Shown piece after piece: positions 1 to 8,466 of a stretch of DNA of 41,240 nt (position 1 is its first letter; each line of letters begins with the position of its first letter). The stretch is from positions 1 through 41,240 of the IMG/VR virus record IMGVR_UViG_3300019877_000002. One strand, written 5' to 3'. Both the position numbers and the translations under genes were made by a program. The stretch comes from a virus (Duplodnaviria; Caudoviricetes). Under the pieces are notes generated by a model, which searched no databases, had not been told where the DNA came from, and saw only the letters and a list, made by a program, of their open reading frames with translations.

Positions 1-1186
1 CATAGTGCTTCTGCATGACCTGGCTGGTCGTGTGCTGGGTGCGGGCCATGACCTGCGTCTCGGTGAAGCCCATCGCCAGAGCCCACGCCACGAACGATTG
101 GCGCAGGTCCTGAAACCGGAACGGCTCCTGCCCGTCCCCCGTCGCGAACAGGTCCGGGCGCACCTCCTCGGTGACCCCGCTGGCGATCAGGTCCCGTCGG
201 ATGCCCTTGGCTAGCTTCAGCTTCTGGTCCGGGGTGAGCTGAGGAAAAATGAAGTCGGCGGCCTTCTTGCCATCGGCCTTCTCGAGCGCCAAGAGCGCGC
301 CCGCGACCCCCGCCTGCATCGCCCACGTGCGAGCGTTGGCGTTGTTCTTGCCGATGCCGATGGTCAGCATCTCGTTGGCGAAGTCGATGTTACTATAGCG
401 CAGGCGGAAGAGATGGCCCTCGCGGGGCCCCTCGGAGAGGGCCATGCCGTAGAGCACGCGCTTCCAGAGCGGGATATCGCCGTTGCCGAGTAGCCGCGCC
501 ATGTCGTGGGGGTAAATGATGGGATAGGACGGCGGCGTGCCAATGGGCGGCAGCCACCCGATCACTGGCAACGGGTACTGCTTCTGCGTGAGCAGACCGC
601 ACGGGCTCATCGCGACCCGGAGCACGGTCTGAAGTATCTGGTAGTAGGCCCGCACGCTGCTCGAGCTCTCGGCCTTCTCGGGCAGGTTGCCCGGCGCCAC
701 GGCGCGTCGACAGTCCGCCTCCGTCAAACGAGTGATGGGAATGTGGCCAATGACACGGTTGATGGGCGCGAGCAGGGAAGGGTTGGTGCGCCGCGTGGTG
801 GCCGAGTGCGTGAGCTTCTTCTTGTAGGCCGCGTACCTCGGGTCGGCGGCCAGGGCATTGGTCACCCACAACGTCGCGAACTGCTGGAACGTCGGAACCC
901 CTGGCACGCTCACCGAGCGAGAGACCTGTTCCCTCTGCTCGCGCATGTACCGGAGAGCCAGCTTGCTCTGTAGCGCGGCGGCCTCGGCCGTCTCGGCCTT
1001 GCACACGAGCTCGAGCAGGCTGCGCACCTTGATGTTGTCGCCGAGAGGCAAGAGGTCATTGCGCAAGAGCGCCAGGTCCCGCTTGCGCTTCTCGAGCTGC
1101 AGCACCGTGAGCGACGACGGAGCCGAGCACTCGAGGCGCACGTCGCCCCGCACACGCAGGCGGATGAAGTAGGGATTCTTTGCCAT
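1..1186 (-). CDS. int: Tyrosine recombinase/integrase (3' end outside the window)
   Basis: Hand-translated open frame from ATG 1186 (MAKNPYFIRLR...). Motifs: LSEGPREGHLFRLRYSNIDF (Arg-I box), GKNN (Lys), FQDLRQSF (HxxR position), ARTQH, and KHY with the putative catalytic Tyr at nt 2-4. Confidence 0.9.
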   Translation of the reverse strand, partial: MAKNPYFIRLRVRGDVRLECSAPSSLTVLQLEKRKRDLALLRNDLLPLGDNIKVRSLLELVCKAETAEAAALQSKLALRYMREQREQVSRSVSVPGVPTFQQFATLWVTNALAADPRYAAYKKKLTHSATTRRTNPSLLAPINRVIGHIPITRLTEADCRRAVAPGNLPEKAESSSSVRAYYQILQTVLRVAMSPCGLLTQKQYPLPVIGWLPPIGTPPSYPIIYPHDMARLLGNGDIPLWKRVLYGMALSEGPREGHLFRLRYSNIDFANEMLTIGIGKNNANARTWAMQAGVAGALLALEKADGKKAADFIFPQLTPDQKLKLAKGIRRDLIASGVTEEVRPDLFATGDGQEPFRFQDLRQSFVAWALAMGFTETQVMARTQHTTSQVMQKHY

Positions 1187-1193
1187 CAACGAT

Positions 1194-1562
1194 TCACTCC
1201 GACTCGACGCTCGCCACCAGAGCCTTGTACGCGGCGTCCTCCTCGGTCTCACTGAGGGCCGGCACGCAGCGGGCGAGCTGGGCCTGGCCCATGAAGCCGC
1301 GCTCCTCGGCGTAGGCCGCTGGGCTCAGAAGAAACCGGCGGCCAATCTTGGCGGCCCCCGGTTTGTTCTCAGCCAGGCGACGACGCACGGCGGCACAGTG
1401 GCGGCGCGGGCCGAGCCCGCCTGGCTTCTCCTGGTCGATCCATTCCTCGGTATCGTTGCCCGGCGTCTCTGCCGCCTCGAGCAGACGGTCGAAGGTCTGC
1501 TCGAGCTCGCGGGCTTGGCGACGGGCACCACGCAACTGCTCGATGAACTCGCGCTTCGTCAA
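1194..1562 (-). CDS. Excisionase-like winged-HTH protein
   Basis: Immediately upstream of int. GAAKIGRRFLLSPAA resembles the Xis/HTH_17 wing. TTG start preceded by GGAGAGGGTG. Confidence 0.6.
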   Translation of the reverse strand: MTKREFIEQLRGARRQARELEQTFDRLLEAAETPGNDTEEWIDQEKPGGLGPRRHCAAVRRRLAENKPGAAKIGRRFLLSPAAYAEERGFMGQAQLARCVPALSETEEDAAYKALVASVESE

Positions 1563-1717
1563 TGTTTCACCCTCTCCATCGGTAGACGCGCTCCAGGGTT
1601 TCAACCACCCGAGCGCCTGGACGTCAGGAGTATGACGAGTGCGTGGCGGCGCGTCACTGTGTAACTTAATGGCACTTGCTTTTTTTCTCGATGTAGGTAG
1701 GTCATTCACAGGGGAGC

Positions 1718-1746
1718 ACACTACCCCTTCACCCTTGGGTGTGCAA
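1718..1746 (-). promoter_or_regulatory. Putative leftward sigma70-type promoter for xis-int
   Basis: TTGCAC-N17-TAGTGT on the minus strand. Confidence 0.5.
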
Positions 1747-1751
1747 ACCCA
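1736..1751. promoter_or_regulatory. Putative repressor operator
   Basis: TGGGTGTGCAAACCCA is 14/16 palindromic and lies between divergent promoters. Confidence 0.5.
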
Positions 1752-1755
1752 CTCG

Positions 1756-1764
1756 TGCTATGGT
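1756..1764 (+). promoter_or_regulatory. Extended -10 promoter element; probably gives leaderless repressor mRNA
   Basis: TGcTATGGT ends 7 nt before ATG 1772, and there is no SD. Confidence 0.45.
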
Positions 1765-1771
1765 TTCCACC

Positions 1772-2011
1772 ATGGAAAACATGGAGCTCACGAGCGGCGA
1801 GAAGGAAGTGCTGCGCTATTACACGCTGCACTTCGAAAAACACGGCGTACCACCGACGCTGCGCGAGCTTGCCGCGCATATGGGCAGCAAAAACAGCAAC
1901 ACCGCCCAGGGATATCTGCGCAGGCTCGAAGCAAAGGGCTATCTCGCGCCCAAACCCGTCACATACATCCGCTTGAAGCCCACGAGCAAAGCAAAGAAGG
2001 CTGTGCTGTGA
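1772..2011 (+). CDS. LexA N-terminal DNA-binding-domain-only repressor
   Basis: LTSGEKEVLRYY...HGVPPTLRELAAHMG...NTAQGYLRRLEAKGYL matches the LexA wHTH pattern; no peptidase domain. Confidence 0.85.
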   Translation: MENMELTSGEKEVLRYYTLHFEKHGVPPTLRELAAHMGSKNSNTAQGYLRRLEAKGYLAPKPVTYIRLKPTSKAKKAVL

Positions 2012-2124
2012 GCACGTACAGCAAGGAAGAGCTGTCGTTGATGATCGAACGGATGGCCGTCGCGAGCAGCCGCTTCTATCGCGACGCCCGCGCGTCCGTG
2101 CATGCCATGGCAGGCAATGGCTGA
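2008..2124 (+). CDS. Small hypothetical protein (38 aa), possibly a remnant
   Basis: GTGA overlap with the repressor stop codon; overlaps the next start. Confidence 0.35.
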   Translation: MSTYSKEELSLMIERMAVASSRFYRDARASVHAMAGNG

Positions 2125-2338
2125 CGCCCGCGCAGGCAAAGAGGACCACGTCGTTATCGACTTTGCGGGGCCTCGCCCCACCGTCACGCTCGCCCCCGAA
2201 GAGCAAATGGTCTGCCGTTGCATGCACTGCGGCCACCGCTATGTGCTGGCGCTGCCGTGCTCGCTGTCGATGGCCGCTGCGGTCTGCAAGCAATACGGGA
2301 AGGAGCACCGTCGCTGCCGACCACCGCCCAAGGGGTGA
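2117..2338 (+). CDS. Small putative Zn-binding protein
   Basis: CRCMHCGH...HRRC; operon packing. Confidence 0.55.
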   Translation: MADARAGKEDHVVIDFAGPRPTVTLAPEEQMVCRCMHCGHRYVLALPCSLSMAAAVCKQYGKEHRRCRPPPKG

Positions 2339-2487
2339 CACCGTGACACCGCGATGGCCCCTTGACACCTACCAGTGGGCTGTGCCGGAATGGCACGCTC
2401 TGCCGAGGGGGGTGTCCCTGGGCGGTTTCAGCAAAGGGGTCCCGGGTGCAGGCAGCAAAGCAATGGGCGGTAGGGGAGGGCGCGAGC

Positions 2488-2679
2488 GTGCTCGAGCGGA
2501 TGACGAGCGAGGGCCATCTCACCGAGGCAGATGCTTACGAGGTGAAAGGCGTGGTCGCGCTCTTGCTCGAGCGGGTGCGGGCGGGTGAGATTTCAGTCCA
2601 TTTCATGGACCTGGTGCTCCGCAAGTTGGCGCAAGAAAAGCACGCCGATTGGCTCATCAGAGAGGGGTTCGGGAAATGA
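2488..2679 (+). CDS. Hypothetical protein
   Basis: GGGGAGGG SD before GTG; ATGA coupling to the next gene. Confidence 0.55.
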   Translation: MLERMTSEGHLTEADAYEVKGVVALLLERVRAGEISVHFMDLVLRKLAQEKHADWLIREGFGK

Positions 2680-3098
2680 AGTCGTTCAAATTAGAGTTAC
2701 CCGCGGGCGTGCTCACCGAGGCGGTCATCGACGAGCTGCGCGCCAAGATGCAGGCGGTCGCCGACAGTATCCCGGAGCCACGCAGGGAAGCCGCGCGCCA
2801 GCAGACCGAGGAACTCATCGACGAGCTGCGCGAGGTGGGCCCGGCCCTGCTCAGCGCCCGCACCGTGCTCGGCATGGTGAGGGACTGCATCAAGCAGATC
2901 GAGGAGCTGCCGCGGACCGTGCGCGCCATCGCCCAGACGCTCGACGCCCCGAGCCATATCTTTGAGCTCGGCGGAGCTGCCTGCGAGCTCATCGCTGCCC
3001 AGGCGATGCTCGAATGCGCGGCGGCAACCCTACAGGCCACGCTCGACTGCGAACACTGCAGGCCCGAGCCTGCATCGTCGAAAGAAAGACCGTCATGA
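2676..3098 (+). CDS. Hypothetical helical protein
   Basis: ATGA coupling, GC-rich codon pattern, C-terminal CEHC. Confidence 0.7.
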   Translation: MKSFKLELPAGVLTEAVIDELRAKMQAVADSIPEPRREAARQQTEELIDELREVGPALLSARTVLGMVRDCIKQIEELPRTVRAIAQTLDAPSHIFELGGAACELIAAQAMLECAAATLQATLDCEHCRPEPASSKERPS

Positions 3099-3125
3099 GA
3101 TACAATGCAATGAAGGAGATAAACC

Positions 3126-3863
3126 ATGAACTGGAGAGCGCAGCTCCGCTTAGCGGAAGTGCCGCGAAGGCCACCACCGCCGAGCCGCCCCGATCGCGGC
3201 TTCATCGAGCAACCCGAGGAGCGTGTAGAGCCTACCGTAGTGCGCAAGCGCGGGCTCATACCCATGGAAGCGCTCGAGCGCGAGCAGCTTGCGGACTTGG
3301 CAGAAGAGCTTGGGGAGCCCTTAGAGGCGCCGCGCATCTCGGCCGTATCGGACAGCTCGACCGAGCCGGAGAGACAGCGCGGCATCACCTCGAGGCATTC
3401 CGCCGACCCCTTCCCGCGCCCCTTGCTTCCTCAACCCGAGACGCAGCCCTCTCAGCCGCCCGCGCCGGAGCCTGTTGAGATGGCCGCGAAGAAGAAGGGC
3501 GAGCGGTTCCCGGTGGAGCACAAGGCGAAGATCGTCGCCCGATGGCTCGAGCTCACCGAGCAAGCGGCAAAGAAGGGCATCACGGGACGCGCCACGGGGG
3601 CGGGCTCACAAACGGCCAGAGAGTTCAAAACCTCAGAGGCCAACGTGTCGACCTGGGTGATGCAGTATAAGAAACGGCACGGGATTGAGCCCACCAAGTC
3701 AGCCAAGACGCTCGTCAGCTCGCCTGCGAGTGGCCCCGTCAGTGTCGCTGGTCCGCTTCCGCCCATGCCCACCGTGGCGCTCAGTGGCCTCGAGGAGTAC
3801 GTGCGCGCCTTGGTAGCCCAGGAAGTCAAAGCGGCTATCCGCAAAGCATTCGGGGGCGAGTGA
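3126..3863 (+). CDS. Protein with C-terminal HTH (transposase-HTH-like) DNA-binding region
   Basis: Strong AAGGAG SD; RFPVEHKAKIV...SQTAREFKTSEANVSTWVMQYK. Confidence 0.6.
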   Translation: MNWRAQLRLAEVPRRPPPPSRPDRGFIEQPEERVEPTVVRKRGLIPMEALEREQLADLAEELGEPLEAPRISAVSDSSTEPERQRGITSRHSADPFPRPLLPQPETQPSQPPAPEPVEMAAKKKGERFPVEHKAKIVARWLELTEQAAKKGITGRATGAGSQTAREFKTSEANVSTWVMQYKKRHGIEPTKSAKTLVSSPASGPVSVAGPLPPMPTVALSGLEEYVRALVAQEVKAAIRKAFGGE

Positions 3864-4108
3864 TGGAGGAGCAGTACTCAGAGGCGGAGACCTGGGCGCT
3901 CGCTGCGCTCGAAGGCAAGCGCAACGAGCGCGAGCTACGCGAGTGCATCCGGCAAGCGGCCAGGCTCTTGCAGCAAGCCATCGCCGATGATGCGCCTAGC
4001 CAGGCGTCGACGGTCGAGCCGAGCACGTGGCAACAAATCGACGCCTGGCTCGAGCTGCCCACAGTGCAATCAGCCCTCGCGCTCGAAGCGGCAGACAGGG
4101 GCGAGTGA
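3860..4108 (+). CDS. Hypothetical protein
   Basis: GTGA/TGATG coupling on both sides. Confidence 0.65.
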   Translation: MMEEQYSEAETWALAALEGKRNERELRECIRQAARLLQQAIADDAPSQASTVEPSTWQQIDAWLELPTVQSALALEAADRGE

Positions 4109-4380
4109 TGACGCGAGAGCAGGCTTGGGCGAAAGCTCTCGAGGAAGCCGTCGCGCACCACCTCGCGACGACGCGCAGGGGCAAGGACTCCAAACAGCAG
4201 ATGCTGAATGGCCTGTACACGGGCTTGCTCGAGGTGCGCCAGCGCATGGACGCGGGCACGGTGCGCACGAACGACCTGAACCAGCTGGTCGCGTGTGCCC
4301 TCGATTGCTTGGGAGCAGTCATTTATGACGCGGTATCGCGTGGCGAGAAGCCGCTGCGCCCGGACGAGTTCAAGCAATGA
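4108..4380 (+). CDS. Hypothetical protein
   Basis: TGATG coupling upstream and ATGA coupling downstream. Confidence 0.65.
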   Translation: MTREQAWAKALEEAVAHHLATTRRGKDSKQQMLNGLYTGLLEVRQRMDAGTVRTNDLNQLVACALDCLGAVIYDAVSRGEKPLRPDEFKQ

Positions 4381-4761
4381 TGAAGCGAGAGAGCGGAACG
4401 GGGCCTGGCTTCAACTGCGGGCCAGGTGGGCGCGATTGCCAGCACGACCCGAAGGGCGACCACGGCATCAGCGGCGGGGAATGGTGGTACGCCGTGAGCG
4501 ATGGGCCACGCGCAGTGAGCCTGATGGTACTGGCCTGCGAGTACCCGGACAACGTGAAGCGTCCGCTTCCGGACCCGATGCTCAAGCCCATAGCAACGGC
4601 GCTCCTGCACCACGAGGCAGACCCGGACGGCAAGAGCGATTGCGGTCTGGTAGACGGCGGCCGCTGCAATTGCGATGGCGGCTACATGGCGGGAAGCATG
4701 CTCTGGGAGGAGCACGGCGACCCAACCAAGCCCGAGCAATCAGAGGCGTTCTGGCAGGCCC
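4377..4761 (+). pseudogene. Cys-rich hypothetical gene apparently truncated at ~4760; the frame continues antisense to the next gene until 5258
   Basis: Protein-like sequence up to EAFWQA, then the frame reads through a hairpin into the antisense of a LexA-like gene. Confidence 0.45.
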
Positions 4762-4774
4762 CCCTCGGGCCTGC
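4754..4774. terminator. Hairpin at the convergence point
   Basis: GCAGGCCC-ccctc-GGGCCTGC, 3 nt downstream of the minus-strand stop codon; no strong U tract. Confidence 0.5.
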
Positions 4775-4777
4775 GTT

Positions 4778-5197
4778 TCACTCCTCCTCGAGCAGGGCCA
4801 GGCCAGTCTCGGTGAGCTCCCATTGGCCGCTCGAAATAATCAGCGGCTTGTCCTGGAGTAGACCGAGAGCCTCGCACGTTTTGAGCATGCGGCGGGCGCC
4901 CAAGCGAGTGAGGCCCGTTTCGTGGGCCATATCGACGGCGTTAGGCGGCCGCCCGAGCTTGGCGGACACCCGGGCCACGATGGCGACAAACTCCTTCTGG
5001 CGGGCAGTGAGAGGCCTTCCCGGGGTAGGCGCGAACGGTGGGCGCCCCGGTCGCTTGCGCTTGGGTCGCTTGGACTGCTTGGCCTCGAGGGCCGCCAGCG
5101 CCTTGCCGGCGGCCACCTTGAGGCGCATGACCTCGGCATGTTCCGACCACTTCTTAGCGGCCATGGTGCCTGTTGGCGGGACGGGTCGTTTGGGCAT
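4778..5197 (-). CDS. Second LexA-DBD-like regulator with a basic N-terminal extension (start may be 5164)
   Basis: PLTARQKEFVAIV...LGRPPNAVDMAHETGLTRLGARRMLKTCEALGLL. Confidence 0.75.
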   Translation of the reverse strand: MPKRPVPPTGTMAAKKWSEHAEVMRLKVAAGKALAALEAKQSKRPKRKRPGRPPFAPTPGRPLTARQKEFVAIVARVSAKLGRPPNAVDMAHETGLTRLGARRMLKTCEALGLLQDKPLIISSGQWELTETGLALLEEE

Positions 5198-5312
5198 GGT
5201 CGTAGGCAGATTTCAGGGTGGCATCGACCGAGTCGAGCACGGAGAAGACTGCATCTAGGCCCACAGTGTAGGTGAGGGCAAGCAGAAGCAGGAAACCGAG
5301 AAAGCGCATCAT
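5154..5312 (-). CDS. Small membrane or secreted protein
   Basis: MMRFLGFLLLLALTYTVG hydrophobic N-terminus; ATGA coupling. Confidence 0.55.
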   Translation of the reverse strand: MMRFLGFLLLLALTYTVGLDAVFSVLDSVDATLKSAYDHAQTTRPANRHHGR

Positions 5313-5539
5313 AGGGTGTTCCCTTCCGCATTGCGGATGGCAGAGGCCACACATTCGCGCGCGCTCTGGCGGTCCAGGGCGGCAATCTCGCGCTGCTCGC
5401 CCGCGTCCAAGCACGACTCGTCATTGAGCTCGACCACTGTGTATTGGGCACCCAGGGCTACCCGGCACATGTAGCCCATGAGAGCATCTCCGGCCGCGAA
5501 CGCCTCGCTCTCGAGCTTGCGGATTTGGTCGTCCGTCAT
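5309..5539 (-). CDS. Hypothetical protein
   Basis: MTDDQIRKLESE...; ATGA coupling on both sides. Confidence 0.6.
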   Translation of the reverse strand: MTDDQIRKLESEAFAAGDALMGYMCRVALGAQYTVVELNDESCLDAGEQREIAALDRQSARECVASAIRNAEGNTL

Positions 5540-5688
5540 AGGCACCCCAACGCTTGCAGCATCCACCAGCACACCGCGATCACAATCAGAGACGGCAAGG
5601 CCTCCCAGAGGGCTACGGCCATCGCAAAGAACAGGCACACCGCGAACAGAGCTAGCAGCGGGCCGAGTAGCAAGATGATTCCGGTCAT
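5536..5688 (-). CDS. 50-aa membrane protein, about two TM helices (not in the ORF track)
   Basis: MTGIILLLGPLLALFAVCLFFAMAVALWEALPSLIVIAVCWWMLQALGCL; preceded by the AGAGACAC leader motif. Confidence 0.6.
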   Translation of the reverse strand: MTGIILLLGPLLALFAVCLFFAMAVALWEALPSLIVIAVCWWMLQALGCL

Positions 5689-5764
5689 GGCTCAGTGTCT
5701 CTTTTCTGGCGTGCTCTGGCACACCCTACAGCGCCCGTCCGGTGAGAGGCGCTGTGTGGGCGGG

Positions 5765-6070
5765 TCAGTACTCTTTGACTTCGGCCACGAAGTGCTCGGC
5801 TATCTCGGTCCAGTTGACCCTGGCCCATTGCACCTTGACCGTTTCCTTTTCGTCGCCCCGCATATCTGGCGTCCCGTCGGGGAAAACCGACTCGCACCAG
5901 CGCTGGACGTAGCCAATCAGGGCATCTGTTACGCCGAGGTCAGCTATTGGCGCGACTACGCTGCGCAGAAAGCTTACTTTCCGCCGATACAGCGGCTCCT
6001 CATTGTCGAGCCAAAGGTTAATCTGCCAGGTCTCCCAATTCGTCCAACCGTTGTAGGTCGTGTCGGCCAT
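5765..6070 (-). CDS. Phage early hypothetical protein (YNGWTNWETW motif)
   Basis: The YNGWTNxETWxxxLWxxN pattern is recalled from small phage proteins; GAGAGACA leader. Confidence 0.75.
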   Translation of the reverse strand: MADTTYNGWTNWETWQINLWLDNEEPLYRRKVSFLRSVVAPIADLGVTDALIGYVQRWCESVFPDGTPDMRGDEKETVKVQWARVNWTEIAEHFVAEVKEY

Positions 6071-6143
6071 TGTCGTTGTCTCTCTCTCGAGCTGAATGCT
6101 CGCCGTGCCTCACTAGCAGGGCTGGTGAGGCAAAGCGGACGGG

Positions 6144-6380
6144 TCAGCTAAGCAGGGCCACGCACTCGCCGGTCTGCATGTAGGCGGCTCTCTGCTGAAA
6201 CGTGAAAGTGTGATCCCACTTCCCCGCCAAGGCGTCGGCCGCATCTTGCGTGCGTCTCGCAACGTATGCGGCAAGGTCATTGACTCGAAACACGCCCGCC
6301 GTTGCGTCAGCGGCACACGCGAGCGCGTTGTCAGCGAACCATCGGCGCGTGCGGCGAATCGTGTCCTCTGATAGCTTCAC
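6144..6380 (-). CDS. Hypothetical early protein
   Basis: GTGA coupling; followed by a hairpin. Confidence 0.65.
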   Translation of the reverse strand: MKLSEDTIRRTRRWFADNALACAADATAGVFRVNDLAAYVARRTQDAADALAGKWDHTFTFQQRAAYMQTGECVALLS

Positions 6381-6838
6381 GACTCGTCCCTTTCAGGGCA
6401 AGGGCCAGCTTGCTCGACAATCTCGCAATAGTCCGCGCCAGCCTCCTCACGTCGCGACGCTTGCGGGTCGTGCGTAGTGTCGAGCGCGCTCCCTGGAGTA
6501 GCGTCAAAGGCAAGGTGCTTGTGCCAGCGCAGTTGGTTGCGCTCGTCCGTAGCCAGGTCGTATATCTGGTCGAGCGAGTCGATCGCGTCGTCTAGCGTCT
6601 CACACGCTTGCGGCCCGTAGTCGTACAGGCAGCCAACGGAGCCACCTCCTACCGTGTAGTGATACGCGGGCGCTTCCGGCTTTACCGCTTCAGTCGAGTC
6701 AAACGACTCGTCAAACTCTGGCGAGCATGAGCAGAGGACCACGCCGTTACCGTTGCATCCGTAGTCACCATCGGAACCGCATTCGGGGCATGCCCCGGGC
6801 GTAACGAGCCGCCAGCCCGTGCTAACTGTGTGTGCCAT
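6377..6838 (-). CDS. Acidic Cys-rich hypothetical early protein
   Basis: CPECG...CSC; D/E-rich; fits between hairpins. Confidence 0.7.
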   Translation of the reverse strand: MAHTVSTGWRLVTPGACPECGSDGDYGCNGNGVVLCSCSPEFDESFDSTEAVKPEAPAYHYTVGGGSVGCLYDYGPQACETLDDAIDSLDQIYDLATDERNQLRWHKHLAFDATPGSALDTTHDPQASRREEAGADYCEIVEQAGPCPERDES

Positions 6839-6911
6839 CGATGATACTGCTTTCTCGGCTTAAGGTGCCGCACGGGGCCATTGCACGGATGCAACGGACC
6901 CGAACGGAGCT

Positions 6912-7364
6912 TTAGCCAACGCGGCGCAAGCTGGACGAGCGGGCGAACGGTAGGCGGCACCCGGCGCGCACAAACAACGCCTCTAGTCGGTCCGCAGTGC
7001 CTTGCGACAGGCCGCTAAGGTGCAGGTCGTAGCCAACGGTTTCGTTGCACTGCTCGTCCTCTTGGCAGCGCTCGACTGTCACCCGAAGTGACCAGATGAA
7101 CGGTAGCCGGTCACTACCCGTGCGCACGTCAACGTCCACCTCCGATTGCCCGTTGCTGAGCTTGCCAAGGATGAACCGGACGGCATCGCCCAGCCGCCAG
7201 TCATAGCGGCCGCGTTGTGCCATGCGCACGCGCTTGCTGTAGGCGTGCCCAGCCTTGCCTAGGCTGACGCGATACTCGTTCGGAGCAATCCAACCGTGAT
7301 CGGCAAAGTCGCCCTGCTCGCACGACTCTGGAGTAACCGTCTCAAACGTGACTGAGGCTTGCAT
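6912..7364 (-). CDS. Hypothetical early protein
   Basis: AAGGAG SD; VTFETVTPESCEQGDF motif. Confidence 0.75.
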   Translation of the reverse strand: MQASVTFETVTPESCEQGDFADHGWIAPNEYRVSLGKAGHAYSKRVRMAQRGRYDWRLGDAVRFILGKLSNGQSEVDVDVRTGSDRLPFIWSLRVTVERCQEDEQCNETVGYDLHLSGLSQGTADRLEALFVRAGCRLPFARSSSLRRVG

Positions 7365-7435
7365 GATGCTCTCCTTTGCTGGCTCTAATCGGCCGAGTAG
7401 GGACCGTCACCCGTGTGACGAGCCCTGCTAGGCGA

Positions 7436-7789
7436 TTAGATCCACTCAAAGCCAAGGATGCCAAGCACACACGAGCACCAGTCGCCAGCCGCTTCGCCGG
7501 GGCAACGCTGCGAGCCGTTGTTAGTGCACTCGCCATCGCCCGGGCATTCCGCGTGATGCTCGCCGGCTTCCCGCGTAGCGTGCTGAGTCTGCAGCTCGCG
7601 CCACAGTTGCGACTCGTTCAAGGTGTCGTTGCCCACGTACGGGTCGTTACCGAACGAGAAAGTACCGTCCGGGCAACGTGCATCAAAGGCACGGCTAAAG
7701 AGGTCACGGTCCGGCATCTCGCCATAGCTCATGCGGGTGTGCGTATCGTCGCCCGCAAGGTCGTTGTCTGTAAGGGTCGCTGCGTTCAT
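7436..7789 (-). CDS. Acidic hypothetical early protein
   Basis: AGGA SD before ATG 7789; bounded by hairpins. Confidence 0.7.
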   Translation of the reverse strand: MNAATLTDNDLAGDDTHTRMSYGEMPDRDLFSRAFDARCPDGTFSFGNDPYVGNDTLNESQLWRELQTQHATREAGEHHAECPGDGECTNNGSQRCPGEAAGDWCSCVLGILGFEWI

Positions 7790-7866
7790 TGGGTATCCTG
7801 TTCTGGTAGCCGTTGGCGCACCTTGCCGCTCACTACTGCAGTGCAGTGGCGAGCGGGATAGGCGGG

Positions 7867-8139
7867 TCAATCGACGGCGATGCCTAGCTCCCTAGCGCGG
7901 TCGCCCACGAGCGCGAGCGCGTCGCTGTAAGCCTCATGCTCGCTTTCGCCCATCTCGAGGGAGCTAAGGAAACCAAGCGTGAACGCTGCGACGTATTCCG
8001 GCGTGCGAGCCGTGCTGAGCGACGCGATAGCGTGCGCGTAGTCGGTCGTCTGGTATGCGCTTGCGTAGTTGCCAGCGTCGAAACCTCGGGAGATATCGCG
8101 GTCGGCCTTGGTCAGTGTCACTAGGGTGTCCGGGGTCAT
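7867..8139 (-). CDS. Hypothetical early protein
   Basis: GAGAGACACGACAATG leader. Confidence 0.7.
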   Translation of the reverse strand: MTPDTLVTLTKADRDISRGFDAGNYASAYQTTDYAHAIASLSTARTPEYVAAFTLGFLSSLEMGESEHEAYSDALALVGDRARELGIAVD

Positions 8140-8261
8140 TGTCGTGTCTCTCTGTTGGGGCCAGGTCGGCCGTCAATCGGGCGCGCTAGCGTGTGCTGGC
8201 GTGCCCTCAGGCGGTCGGACTAGCGGGTGACAGAGCAGGGAGTGCACCCAACGGCGCGGAG

Positions 8262-8390
8262 TCAGTAACGGACGATCATGGTGCAACGGGCGTCAAGGAT
8301 TGTGAGGTCAGCGTCGGCAGTGGTGCGCGCAGCGACGTCGCTGAGCCATTCGAGGCGGGCTAGCAGTACAGGGCGGGTGAAACGGAGCAT
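8262..8390 (-). CDS. 42-aa hypothetical protein
   Basis: GAGAGACACCCCAATG leader shared with neighbouring genes. Confidence 0.55.
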   Translation of the reverse strand: MLRFTRPVLLARLEWLSDVAARTTADADLTILDARCTMIVRY

Positions 8391-8466
8391 TGGGGTGTCT
8401 CTCTCGGGCGTGAGTGCCCGGCAAGGGCCGCGACCGTTGCCAGTCGCGAGCCTTACCGGGAGCTCA

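Noticed and set aside
393-1172. ORF-track calls overlapping the integrase
   Set aside because: Shadow frames of the real minus-strand integrase, which runs off the window edge
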